64,000 nucleotides of DNA, taken from Bigelowiella natans CCMP2755 (taxonomy: Eukaryota; Protista; Cercozoa). A program made the translations under genes and the position numbers. This document shows, one piece after another, positions 14,451 through 28,128 of the stretch. The notes beneath the pieces are model-generated. The model saw nothing but the letters and a program-made list of their open reading frames with translations. It searched no databases and was not told the DNA's origin. The stretch lies in contig ADNK01002208.1 in NCBI GenBank assembly GCA_000320545.1, forward strand, positions 124,001 to 188,000. The letters are read 5' to 3'. Positions within the stretch are counted from its first letter, which is position 1; the number at the start of each line of letters is the position of its first letter.

Positions 14451-16500
14451 AGAGAAAGCCTCAGAGATACGAAAGACTTACGCGGCTGTAGTAGCACATC
14501 GCAGGGTAGATATATTGTAGTAGGTGCTTCTACATTGAGATATGATGCGACTAGAGTTTCTAGATACTTTTTTTGTTCGCATTTTTTTAAAAATCGTAGA
14601 GTGCATGAGAGCTTTTTTTGTTGTTAAAAGATTGCGGGAACACTGCAGCGACAAAACATTCCGAGGAGAAGACTGATAACTGTAGCGGCAGCAGTGGCAA
14701 TAACAACACCGACAGTTATCCTACCCACACAAAAACGAACCACTGTAAAAGTGAGAAAGTTCAAAGTGGTTGCGCTGGGAGTGGTTGTGCTGGGACTTCA
14801 GATACTCAGAATAAGAAGAGAAATGGGGGACAACGAGGAACCGAGAAAATGCCTAAGAAACGCAAAATTTCAGCAATGTAATACTTACCACTGTACAATT
14901 ATGGTTTGTCATCTTCATTGTGGCTGTATCTGATAGAATTGTTCTGATTCAGTCGATCAGAAATAACAGGGAACATTCGTTCGATTCTAGAACAAATCAC
15001 TTCGTTCCACATTCGTTGTTGTAGCGACGAGTTGCCAGCAACGCATAGAACCGTTTATCGCTCCAATACCGCACACTCTCAGCAGCCGACACATAACAGG
15101 AATAGAATACAGCGCATTCACCGGAATGAGACCTTCAAACTTAAAGAAAAAACAGTAGCGTCATCGTCACACAGTAGACACCATCACTCTGACGTAGCTG
15201 GGACTGATAACCCAGCTGGACGTGCACAACATTCTCACGGTGATAGTAAAGCAGGAGGCTCCATTAATCTACCGGTACCCAAAAACAAATTGAAGGCAAT
15301 TATTTGGTGCTGCGCTTAGAAAATGTCCATTCATAATTCATAGGATGGTTCGCCGCTGCCGCAGATACGGACGCCGCTGCCGCAGATACGGACGCCGCAG
15401 TTGCGGACGAACTTCGACTGCCTGACCACACCTAACTGCAACGCCGCTCACTTGCCAGATCTCTCCCTTTCGGAAACACAAATGGATGATTGGTCAGGAT
15501 CAAGAATTCTGATTTTTCAAAATTCAGCACTTTTTTCTAACTTGAAGTAACATTTTCAGGTTGAGCACATTAGATATACCTGATGGAATTCACAGTGGCG
15601 ACTTAACGACAAGTTCATTTGAATTCGGAAATGATATTTTCGCGCAGCTCCAATTGCCGAGCTCCTCATATATTATAAATGAAGAAGGAGCTCCATATTC
15701 TAAAAGAAAAGAATCTTACGCACCGTTGGTTGTTCCTCAAGAAGGTTATCTTCCATTAAACTTATGTGCATTTTTTGCCCCTGATGGATATGTTTTATAG
15801 GTTCTTGTCACCAATGTAAAGTGAAAGTTAGTATGTCAAATTTGCTCAGATGCACGGCAACAAGGTTCAATTTATTCAGTCAAATTCAAACTTGGAATTT
15901 AATTTTGGATTGTTCATCGAACAGTGCTGTATCGGGGCAAAAGTGTAAAAAGAAATTCTGCCATTCATGTCTAAAAAGGTGAAGTTTTTTTATTATTTGC
16001 ATCACCAGCGGTAAATTCTGAATTTGTAACAGGAAATATTCAATCGAACTCGATAAAGTGGATACAGGGAAATGGGAATGCCCAGCGTAACAGATTTACA
16101 GCATATTCCCCCTTATGAGTAAATAGAATGAATTATCATGTAATGGGTAGGTGTTGCGGATTCTGTAGTTGTGCAGTGTGCACTAGAAAGAACAAGGGAG
16201 TCAAATCCTCTACGCTGAGTGCAAAGGCATCTTGTCACCAATGCAAGTTGAAAAAACCACAGCAGGAATTAAGGTAAGAAACAGATAGTTGTTGTAGATT
16301 AAGCTCTCATTTTCTCTTTTCTACTCAGACATTGTGAAATGGTTATCGGCAACAGACATTGTCGCAAAAAATTTTGTGAGCAATGTTTGACTAGATATGT
16401 ACTATCACTACCTAACGACTCCCATTTTAAGTGCCCAGCTTGTCTCGGTATATGCACGTGTGCAAGTTGTGTGAGGCGGAGAGAAAAAATGAATCAATAG
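12554..16500 (+). CDS. C3HC4 RING protein (possible degenerate SPX-like N-terminus), probably continuous with two tandem zf-4CXXC_R1 fingers
   Basis: RING over three exons (~13987-14232): CPLCESVLKHPVVLRCQHR/FCLCCLE/CPVC. Finger 1 (~15800-16190): CHQCKVK...C...CKKKFCHSCLKRKY...WECPACCGFCSCAVC. Finger 2 (~16230-16475): CHQCKLK...C...CRKKFCEQCLTRY...FKCPACLGICTCASC. An intron at 14878-14952 would join the two halves in frame; otherwise these are two genes. Confidence 0.7.
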
Positions 16501-16700
16501 CACATACGTCGGCACAATGCATCATTTTACATTATTAGAAAATGATGACATTTGAAAAAATAACAGTAATCACAATTAAATTGAAATTACATGAGCAAAT
16601 AAATGGAATGACAAAATATCGACACATTCTAGCAGACGTTGATAAATTTGCGACACATCTAGACATCGTTTAAAAACTTGATCGTCAAAACATCCAATTT

Positions 16701-17385
16701 TGCAACATGCAGCGCCCTGTGTGTCGCATCGGCAGTGCTAGAGTGCCTAGCCTAACAACAACGGCTTGCGAGATGAACAACAAAGCTATGCGCTGTGTGC
16801 AACGTGACGAGTGCATCTGTGCATCACTAGATCACATCATCATGCACTGCATTCATTGTCATCATCTGTGGATCGGCATCATTGGTTGCTCAGCACATCC
16901 CAATGCCATGTCTGAAGAAGGCGTATCTGTGACTTCGAAGGCTAGCTTGTTCTGCTGCGTTGCATGTGTTGTCTTCATTTCTTTGACTGATCGATCACCT
17001 TTCTAGCTAGCTAGCTTTGCTAGCTTTGGTCAGGTCAGTCAAGACATGCACATGCTAGCATGTCTAGATCTCTGAGACAGGCTAGCAGGTCTAGAGGTGC
17101 AATGAAGTGATTGAATCTTTTCAATGGTCATCCCAATGCAGCCATTCATTTGCTAGTTTGGCCATGCAAAGCAGCGGCTGCAACGCCAATGTTGCGTCCA
17201 TTTGTTTCAGCAATGATGTGCTTCATGCATTCAACAAAAGCAACCATGCTGCAGCATGCCTAGCCAATTGTGCCTAGCTAGCCAGGTCTGCGAATCCACA
17301 GATCTGGACTTCATGCACCTCCACTGCTCTGGCTGGTCGGGCGTCGGATCTCCTTCCGAGCACATTTTTTGGACCATGTTCTCAA
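16701..17385. other. TpA-depleted intergenic island with CTAG survivors
   Basis: Manual count: 19 TA dinucleotides, 16 of them in CTAG. Rich in CATG and TGCA. Confidence 0.85.
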
Positions 17386-17484
17386 TCTAATCCGTTACGA
17401 AAAATCTTTCCATTGTCAGGAAACAATGAAACAATGAAACAATGATGATGAAGAACTACATTTCCAAAGTGTTGCAAGACACTA

Positions 17485-17870
17485 GGGTGCGATCCACATC
17501 CCATAAATCGACGAAATGTGGTACAATAAAATTTCGCAACCGAAAATATTTTTTTCTTAAAAAGTCGCGTACCAGAAATCGTGTCCATGGGTTTCAAGGT
17601 CAACTTCGATTTGTGGGACCAGCGAGGAGACAAAACATGGTACGTTTTTTTAGGTAATAACGATGCATGTAGGGCATTAGCAGTAGAAATTGTTGGTTGT
17701 GTTGTGCGCGACGGGAAGTTGCAAGGCTAATTTGAATTTACCTGACCTCGACAAAATGAGGGATGTGGTTCGTCATCAAATTATTTTTCCTAAAAAGTAC
17801 GAGAATTTTTAATGTTGACGTTTTATGGGATGACGTGATTTCGCCGATTTATGGGATGTGGATCGCACCC
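17485..17870. mobile_element. MITE / non-autonomous DNA transposon (386 bp), possibly PIF/Harbinger-like
   Basis: 33-bp terminal inverted repeats: GGGTGCGATCCACATCCCATAAATCGACGAAAT on the left and the reverse complement of 17838-17870 on the right (1 mismatch). The interior is AT-rich with no credible gene. The TSD is not clean (CTA / CTC). Confidence 0.8.
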
Positions 17871-18124
17871 CTCAGGTCAAGTCCTTGACCACATTCTACT
17901 TTTAAACCAGACTAGCCGTTTAGGAAATTTGTTCCAAAAAAAACTTTTTAAAAAGTTTGTGGAGGATGTACGAGTACACATATTTTTGTCGAAGCTCCCG
18001 TGTATTTTGTGGAGTTTTCACCTAACATCATGGCGTATTTAGCATCCAGCTGCTGTTGTGTTGATATGGAGCGCTGCATCTCGAAAGGCAAGAAACTGTT
18101 CTCCACAGCCCTATCTACGCAAGC

Positions 18125-19634
18125 ATGCCAGGTGTCACGCAAGTTAAGCCAGCTACCGTTCGGCACGACCAGAAGGAGATGGAAAAGTTCCTAGAGATGG
18201 AGAAATGGTAACTCTGTGCATGAATGTGCTTCTATGTGATGTAACAAGTTTCACGTTTGAAGGTATATATCTTGTCTCCACTCCTTCCTCACACCTTTGC
18301 CCTAATTGTGTCATGTCTCATGTACATTGTAAGACTTGATGATGTGTTTTGTGTGATATGTAGGGATGTTAAGCAAACCGGAGAATACATCAGTAGTCTT
18401 GGCTTCAAAGATATTTCTGAGATCTTCATGGCTCACAAGATTGATGGCTCTCTTCTACCAACCATCGGTAAGGCAGAGATGAAAGAGATGGGAGTAAAGG
18501 TTTTGGGGGATAGGCTTAAGTTTCTCAAGGTAATGGTGATGACAACGTGACTATTCTGTGACGACGGCTATCATGCGCTTGTATCTATCATCTCACTTGA
18601 TTTGCTCTCTTTGTCTTGATAGAACGATGCCTATGATGATATTGATGATGATGATACTGATGATGAACCAATTTTTCTTTCGCCCCATAGATCAACAACA
18701 AAAATAGAGTAATGGCCAGAAGAGTGTGGCGTGACACAGTCATTTGGGAAGGCCAAGAATTCCGGGAGGGACCTTGTGGTGACATGCTGCCTTTCGGGTT
18801 CGTCTCTACCTTTTGATACCCGTATTACTTTAAACATTGGTGAATATAGATAATGATTATAATGATGAAAAACAAAGACTGACACTCACCTACTAATGCA
18901 AAACCGTCATTGTTTAACGAATTATTTTTATCAGTTTCCCATATTGCTGCTGGACAGGTGTACCAGATAAATATAAAGTGACCAACGCAAAGTTTACGGT
19001 ATGTTCAACCCAAATCGAATGCTTTTTCTAACCTGAACGAAACAATAACCTCAGTTTTTATCGTGTTAGACACACAAAAATGCTATGAGTCGTGTTTCAT
19101 CTTATTAGGCTTTGATGAAAACCTACCACGAAGCTAGTACTTTTCCATGCTTGACCGATAAAACCATCCACGCAAACAATTTTGACTTAACCACGATCAA
19201 CGATGTTGATTATACGGAGGAAGTGGTGAGTTCTTTATCTTGAATTCGTCTGTTCAAGTTTATTTTTTCTCTAGAGTGAGGACTAACTCTAAATCTATTT
19301 CCTTGTGCGCGATCCTTCTCACCAAGGATCTAACTTCATATTTCAAACTTGTGTTCTACTTAGCTCGGAGCATGCTCTTGCTGTGATGTTGCTGCCTCTA
19401 AAGTGATGATCTCAACTAAAAGGGGAGAAATGTAAGTATTCACAATCTTATTTTTCTATTTTTCATGGGCTGAAGGCATCATTTGTGATGCGGCTTGGAG
19501 TGTTATATCTGCTGTGTTTGATCAGGACAACAATGGTCCTCAAAGAAGGAATGGCAAAAGAAGTTTCTGAGATTATTCGTAATGCTGTTGAAGAGAATAC
19601 GTTGCGAGAGGCTTCAAACAGGGTGATGGAGTGA
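18125..19634 (+). CDS. SAM-domain protein with an uncharacterised C-terminal domain
   Basis: Spliced translation MPGVTQVKPATVRHDQKEMEKFLEMEK/WDVKQTGEYISSLGFKDISEIFMAHKIDGSLLPTIGKAEMKEMGVKVLGDRLKFLK matches the SAM consensus. Further GT-AG exons run to TGA 19632-19634. Confidence 0.8.
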
Positions 19635-19639
19635 AGCAA

Positions 19640-20671
19640 CCCCCAAATGATGTTGCGGGTGGCCACTTGCAGCGTGGTGTGCGTTCATGTGCAACCGGCA
19701 CCACGTGTGTCATGCATTCACTTCCGTTCATCATGTGAACATTGCAATGTCCAGTGATCCTACACGTCTTGATGTGTACTCACGTCTGTGGTTTACACGA
19801 AATTATACATGGCTCATTGCATCATGTGTGCGTGGGTGGGGTATGCATCTAGTAATCAACGTCGATCGACAACCCGAGTCACAATTCGCATGCACGCATG
19901 ACGAGCAGGATTGGATGCGATAGCTAGGATTTCACATGCTGGCATGCTTTCAGAAATGAGTTCATTGCAGCGCAATCTTGGAGATCATGCTGCATGGGTG
20001 AATATAGCTGGCTAGCTGGAGCTTGCTAGCTTGCATGCATGGGGGCATGAAAATTCAGAGGCTAGGCCAACATTCGCTTGCACTCTTCGATCGACCATGT
20101 GCATCGCATCGCCGTTGAGGAGCGACTGCAGCTGCGCATGGCTGCTAGACTGCTCTAGCTAGCTAGTGCTGGCTAGACAATCATTGTGACAGCTAGCTGG
20201 CGGTCTAGCGGTGGCACACGTGTTGCATGTTGCATGCCGGCTAAATGGGGGCAACAACGCAACGGAGCTGCGCTGACACTGCTGCGAACACATGGCCGAT
20301 CTCCAACGTAGTGGCCCATGCCAGCGCGCATGGTCATTCAGGTTCATGATGCACGACCTCGATCAGCGAGCGCGAGGTGCGTTTCCAACGTGCAAATGAT
20401 TGTGCAAGTGTAATGGCTAGCTGGTGCGGCGTGGGCGGGAAGGACAATCGTTTTCATCCGCAGCAGCACCATGCGTGCTCTTGCAGCAAGCTGTGCATGA
20501 GCCTGGCTAGCTGGAATTGAGTGCAGCACCACAAACCAGTGAAGTGCAACTGCATCACAATGATGCCAGCTAGCCAGAATGGTGGATGAACCAAGTGATC
20601 GATCTCGATTGCCAAGAGGTGGCACGCCAGCACGGTGCAGCTCATCATTGCTACTAGCTAGATCATGCATT

Positions 20672-20710
<39 letters not shown>

Positions 20711-20900
20711 CAATGAACAAACGAAGTGGTGGAGTCATCAGGATCGATCACGGAACACGTTGTTGGCTGTGAATGAATGGATCAATGAATGAAGCATTCC
20801 AGTGCTTGATTCGAAAGGACCATCACACGTGCATTGGCGCTGTAGCCGCTGCATTGCACAGCTACACGAGGATGACCATTGAACAAATTCAATTCAATTC
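19640..20900. other. TpA-depleted intergenic island with CTAG survivors
   Basis: Manual count in 20041-20820: 17 TAs, 13 of them CTAG. Confidence 0.85.
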
Positions 20901-21116
20901 TTCACATCAGTCTCGCTACGACCACGTTCGTGTGAGAGGATAATAATTTGGGTTTTGAGGGAGATTTATTTATCTGCGACAAGTGTTATGGTATTTTTGG
21001 AGCACTAAATGGCCAGCATTTATGCCATTGTTTACCGCTCCTCCTGCTGCTGCTGTTTAACCCCTCCCCCCAAACCACCTTGGTTGTAGTTCTGGGCTCT
21101 GCATTGCCGATTCGCC

Positions 21117-22164
21117 ATGCTCTGCGGAAGCGTTTCGGCTTTGTGTTTTCACACTGCTCCCCAACCTCTGACCACACAGAGTGGGAGACAAAGAGGCGTG
21201 AATGGAGGAACAGAAAGCACGCATCTTCTGTGCGGCATGGGTGGGTTAGTCCTAGCATTTGATGTGAGGACAGGCGTTCGTTTAGGCGCAAGAAGGGTTT
21301 TCAAGTCCGAGACAGTTCATGGGATAAAATTTCTCTACTCGGATAAAAGTAGCATAGGCAAGGCTCACAGGGCAGCCACAGTCATGGTTGTATCAGGGCT
21401 CAAAAGCATCTCGTTCTTCCGATTTGAAGATGTAAGATTTCTTACTTACATGGCGCTTTCTCGCTGACATTAAATTGGGTTTACACGTGGTATATTTTAA
21501 AGGTACCATCATGGATCAAAAACGAGGAGGCCGGTCCCACCGACACAAAGCTAGGGGGGGGAGTTGGATCCTTCCTCAGGATGCAATCCCAGGTGCAAGC
21601 AGTCGCTTTGGTGCCTAATAATTCGTTCAACAAAGCAAGTGCAGGAAATTCATGGCAGAAGACACTTATTGTGGGCTTAGCGCACAATGAAGTTGCAATT
21701 TTGAGGTAGATAAGCGCTCCCGGTGTGCCCCACAACACGATGATCATATGGCTGTTTTGTGCAGAGGGGATGGTCTTAATGCTGCACTGGAGAGCCCCAC
21801 CGTTGAATCGAAGATACAGTGTCAGGATCGGAGCCTGACTTATAGCATGTCCATCCAACCAATTCAACCTGATCAGCATCATAATCCGAGGTAACTACAA
21901 ATTTTGTTGTAATCGATTCCATCGAAACACAATATAATCCTGAGGGTTTGCTACTACGTCATGAAAATGACTTTGATGCTTTACATTGTTTATTAGAGTT
22001 GTCGTGGCGTCTGGTACCGTATTTCGTGAGATTTTACTGTGGACCCCCCTTGAGTCCTCTAAAGGCCAGGTTTTTCCAACGTATATCTATCCAAACGAGG
22101 AGTCTCCTCACAACCACAGCTACAATGCTTCACCGCTAATGATGCTACTATCTACTACTATTAT

Positions 22165-22199
<35 letters not shown>

Positions 22200-23505
22200 T
22201 TACTACTGCTGCTGCTGCTGCTGCTACTTCGCTAGGTCTTATTACGGATACGTGGGCATCAAGGAAGTATCTTCGATCTTGCCTGGCTCCCGTTTCCAAC
22301 CACGATACAGCAACAAAAACAACAATTTGAAGACAAGAAGGAGAGAAAAGCGTTGGGAACTTTCTCGCCAGTTCCTGTGCGTATTATTCAGTTTCAGATG
22401 ATAGAACCGTTCGATGCTGGTTAGTCAAGATAGGCCTCAACGAGACAGACGACCAGCAAACCGAGAAAGATTCGGATGGGGGAAGAAGGATGAAGACCAC
22501 GCCGAAACCGAGTGATTGGTCGTATGTTGAAGAATCTAAGTCATATGGCCATGGAGCACGGATTTGGAAGTAAGTTGCCTCTGTTACTACCATGTTTATG
22601 CTGCTCACATAATCCAGGTAAAATGATTCTAAGCTGTTGATAATGTCTACGTCTACTCCCTTCCTCCTCCTCCTCCTCCTCCTCCTCCTCCTCCTTCTCC
22701 TCAGATGTGTTGCCACAGTGACAGCACAAAGCAGCTCAAGTAGTAGTAGTAGCATAAGGGAGGGGACGGTAGAACAGGATACTGCTGCTGCTGCTGCTGC
22801 TGTCTTAACAGCCGGAGAAGATGCTAAAATGAAAGTATGGAGCATTGCTCCATCATCACCTCGTCCTTCTTCGTCTTCTTCTTCTTCTTCTCCCAACAAT
22901 ATCGATGACGACGATGATGATGACAGTGGTGGTGGTTGTGCAGCCGCCCCAGTAGAAACATTTTGTATGCAAGCAGAGAGCGTGTGGTCTCTTGCGGTAT
23001 CCCCAATGCCCTCAGGAACAAACCATGCTGGGAGGAGTGGTTGTAGTAGCAGTAACAGCAGCGCTTCCAATGGGTATTGATGTGAATGTGTATACTACGA
23101 ACACGCCTTCATTAATATACCCCCCCCACGATGAGCACCAATATAAAAGAAATAATACGATTTCGATGTTGAAAAAAATGTGATGAATGAATGCTCCTGA
23201 ATTAATTTTTGATTGTTCATTTCTTTATTCTTTCCTATGGGGCATTCTCCCATTTATCACATTTTGCTCTCTGCCCCCTCCTCCTCCTCCTCCTCCTCCT
23301 CCTTCTCCTCCCCCCCCTTCTCCTCTGTTCTATCTGTCGTATCTGTCGCCTAACTATCGGGCTATTATCTATTATTAGAATCTTCGTCGCAACAGGATCT
23401 GGAGATGGAGCGATACGCCTTTGGGTTATGAAATGGGCAACTACTAGGAGGAGGGTGAAGCAACAGCAGCACCACCACCAGCGTGGACATCACCATCCTG
23501 CTGCT

Positions 23506-23538
<33 letters not shown>

Positions 23539-23929
23539 TATGGAAATGCCAGAAACAATGCAAACTGCTACTTTGAGAAGGAAGATTATTCACCGACTAC
23601 AAGGCTAGTTCGTTGGCATGGAGAGCAGTCTACGATTGCTGTCTTACCGCCCCCTCCCCCCCCTCTTCTTTCTGATAATCAAACTGAGAAAGTCAATGAA
23701 ATAAAAAACGGCAAGAAAGCGAAGGTGGAGAACACCTGCAGCCAAGGTAAAGGAAGTTTGACGCATAAAACAAGCATAAATGTAATAGATATCACACATA
23801 AACATTACCAAATATTTACATAATGGTGTATTGGTCACACGGAAAGCAGATGGCGCGTCGTTGATGGTTCTGGACGAAGAACTTGATGAGGTACACGAAT
23901 AAATCAAAAACATGAACAACAACAACAGC

Positions 23930-23961
<32 letters not shown>

Positions 23962-24507
23962 CCAAAACATCAATAAAAATGGTGACAACGACAACGACTG
24001 TGAAAAACGCCCACAAATGGCAACAGAAAGCGTACATCAGCCGAATATTATACAGTCATCATCATCATCATCATCATCATCATCACCATCCACTACAATC
24101 ATCTAAACAAATACCTACTACCAAATATCCACAACAAAGGAAACAAAGAAGAAGAAACCAACGAATAAGAAAAAGAAGAAGAAGAAGAAGAGGCGTGGAG
24201 ACATTACGCGAAACCCCACAGCTTTGGAGCTACTCCCTGAAGAGAAAATAAGGGCAATACGGCTGCTCAGCCTGACAACAGGAATTGTTATTACAAGTAC
24301 TGGTCGCGTACTTTCCATGCTTCTCGGTTCTTCTTCATCTTCAAATATTTCTTCTGCTTCTCCTTCCATATCACGATCATCATCGTCCTCATCTTCGTCT
24401 GAAGGTAGCACTTGTTAAATTATAGAGCAGCAGAGGGTGTGGGCAGGAGGAGAACGGAAGCAGTAGTAATATGTACATCCTTTACTTTTGTTGTTGTTGT
24501 TGTTCTT

Positions 24508-24539
<32 letters not shown>

Positions 24540-25294
24540 AGCGACACAGAAAGAGGCAATAAGTTGGCATGATTATACCAGCTCAGTACAAGCATCAACC
24601 CCTGCAGTAGTAGTCAACACGCATAATCCTATCTCCTCCTCCTCCTCATCATCATCATCGTCATCTGGCTCATGGACTGCTATTGCGGCCTCTTCCTCTC
24701 TACTTGTACTGGCGACAAGTAACGGTTTCATTTTCACCTGCCCGCTTTACTATCATGATCATAATGTGCAGAAGCTGCTGCAACAACATGGTGAGGAAGA
24801 AAGCCACAATGGTGTTGATGATGATGATGATGATGATCGTAGAAGAACGACGACATCAACACAACAAGAGAAGCAGCAGCAGCAGCAGCAGCAACAACAA
24901 CAAATACCTTCAGAAGCAGCAAGGAGCACAATTGGTTGTGCAGTTGGGAGGAAATGGAGAGCGCATGTAACTGGTGTGCCTGCGCTTTGGATGTATCAGC
25001 TGAGACGACGAGATCAAGGAGGAGGAGGAGGAGGAGGAGGAGGAGGAGGAGATACTAACAAAGAAGGAAACGACCTCAGAGCTACTGCCCCCCCCTCCTC
25101 CTCTAGCTCGACATTACCATCATCGTCAACTACAACACCACCTCCAAGGTTTTTCTTCACGTCTTGCAATGAGTATGATGACGCCAGCACCGCAAGGGGA
25201 GAAGGAGAAAGGAAGAGGAGGCAGAGGAGAATAGTAAGGTAGTTATCATCAGGTTTAGGAGAGTTGGTAGGCAGCGTTAGGTGGGAGAATAAGT

Positions 25295-25332
<38 letters not shown>

Positions 25333-25424
25333 GATAGAGGGGGGGGGGGGATTAATCGGACGAATTGTTTAGGTCATGATCAATATTTATTATAGTTGTT
25401 CTTCGGGAAGTCTATCTTCCTCCT

Positions 25425-25466
<42 letters not shown>

Positions 25467-25676
25467 TTCTTCCCCGCCCCCATCATGTACACATCTGCCG
25501 AAACGTAATAATCAGGCACGACATCTTCAGTAGTGATCCACGTGGAAGAGTCAATAGCTGGGTTGTTCTGCATACCTCTTGATTTGTCGCCTTTGATGTT
25601 ATTTCCTTGCATATTTCCGGACTTTCATGGGGAACACCGTCCTTCCTTTTCTGAGAGGAAGAACTGTAGATTACCC

Positions 25677-25709
<33 letters not shown>

Positions 25710-26930
25710 AATTACCCGCAAAGAGTATACCCAAATATATTGGAAATACTCATTCATATTTTTTCGTTGAAGAGTCACTTTCTATCTCCCTCTCTCTTCC
25801 TATTCTTCTTCTTCTTCTTCTTCTTTGTCTAGTTGCTGTTGGGAGCTCATTACAGCGTATATCTATTGCATGAGCGGAGAGACGATCTCTAGCTGTGTTA
25901 TAAATTTCCTAATAAAGAGATGGTGTGTACACTGTTTTGTTGATGATGATGCAGCACATTTATAATTGGTACTAGAAATTGATTGTTCGTCTCTCTTTTG
26001 CGTGTGGCGTGTATTATTGCGATGATTGTGAATTCGGCAGCATTTGGATTCGAAGTCTCTCTCTGTAAAGAAAGGCGCCATTTTTGATTTGGCAGCTGGT
26101 CATCGTAAAGCTCGAGCATCATCCTTAGCAATTCTAGCTTGTGATGATGTTGCTGGTCCTTCCGACGGCTCCACCTCCTCCTCATATTTTATGGTCGTTA
26201 TTGGAGATACAAAGGGTGGCATTTCTGTGTTCTATACCCCGTATTATCATCATGATGATGATGATGATGATGATGGTGATGGTGATGACGATGATTTCGA
26301 ACAAGAGCAGAGGGAAGAGGAGGTGCATCCAAAGAATCCAACGACGACGACGACGACGGCAGCAGCAGCGACGAGAAAGCAGCAGTTGGGAGAGAAGAAG
26401 AAGGGCAGGATGATGGAGGTGTGCAATAATCACAAATCATTATACTTAGCAACTCTATGAAACAGTGATGAAAAAGATCATGATGTTTCACTTTTCACCG
26501 AACTTAACCCAACCCTCTCCTATAAGGACGATGAGGAGAAGGAAGAGCATCTAGCACCTATCTTGCGTATTCCAAAGGCTCACCAGACACAACCCGTCAC
26601 TTGCATACGTTCGGTGGCTACCAATGTCAGAATAAGCAGCGGAAGAAGAAGAAGAAGAAGAAGAAGAAGAAGAAGAAGAAGAAGAAGAAGAAGAATAGCA
26701 GATGATGATGATGATGGAAGATTCTTCTCAACCGGGAAGAATTCATTCATCCTAGAATGGAGGCTGGTGGCAAAAGGGAGGGGAATAAAAGGAGGAGGAG
26801 GTGGAGAAAACCAGAAACAACCCCGAGTTGAAGTGCAAAAACTGCGTATATACAAGACACCGATGATCATCGAATATGTAATCATCATCTTCATTATCAC
26901 ATCACCATCGCCATCATCTTCATTATCAGT

Positions 26931-26962
<32 letters not shown>

Positions 26963-26974
26963 TGTGTGTGTGTG

Positions 26975-27016
<42 letters not shown>

Positions 27017-27931
27017 CCGATGAGAGACTGCTGTTCCTAAGATTATTTCTCCTTTTACTTGAGCAGTTTTATGCCGGTCGTGCTACTTACGAAGAACAAC
27101 TTGCTATTTGAACATAATGAGTGTTGTATACTCTGTCCTGACATGATTACTTTCTATTCCATCCTCCTCCTCCTCCTTCTACTACTACTACTACCACATA
27201 TCAACCTACCTTCAGTGCCTGTGGCCAGCTATCAAGACATCATCGTTTCAGTCGCCGTCATCATCGTCATCTTCTTGCTGTAGGCGTTTGATCGCTGTTG
27301 GTTTCCATCACATGCAGCTAGTAGTCTGGGACATAGCAGGCGGTTGCGCCCTGGCACGCTACTCCTGCGGAGGTGGTAGGAGAGCATGGAGTGTGGCTTT
27401 TTCTTCGAGGAAGTTTTCAGGTCTTCCAACTCATGGGGTCACGGTTGTGTACACGCCTCTTCGACGAAAGCGCATGTTGCTGCGGGGGGAGGGCGAGAAG
27501 AAGAAGAGAAAAAGTTCTAGCATCGATGAGGAATTTGTTGATGCTACTGCCACCACCTCCACCACCACCACCAGCAGCAGCAATAACAACAACAACAACA
27601 ACAACAACAATAGTGCAATGGTGCATGTGTCGTCCACGGCACTCACCCCAGATACGCTGCCGCTGGCTGGATGGGCATGTGAGGAAACCGTTCTATCGGT
27701 CCCTTCGCACAACAAGCTCATTTGTGGGATGAAAGCTGTTCGAGTACAACGACACAGAAGAAGAGGATTGGACGATAATAACAACGATGAGCAGGCACTA
27801 TCAGAGGAAGAGGAGGAGGAGGAGGAGGAATATAGGATAGTCACGGTCTCTGATGACCGCACTGTTCGGATTGGGCGGTTACTCATGAGAAGAAGAGGAG
27901 GAAGCAAACGGAGGAGGAAGAAGAGTGGTAA

Positions 27932-27963
<32 letters not shown>

Positions 27964-28092
27964 GCAGTAACGGTCTCATGTTTGAAGTGTTCCAGTATTT
28001 GGGTTGTGAGTTGAGGAAGATCAGAAAAGCACACAATAATAACACTACGTGTTACCAACTATGCAGTGTGGGCTGCTACTTCGATCATTAGT

Positions 28093-28128
<36 letters not shown>

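Noticed and set aside
15800-16500. Calling the zinc-finger gene CDCA7
   Set aside because: It has two diverged fingers lacking the CHQCRQK and NRYGE signature and is probably RING-fused, so orthology is not supported.
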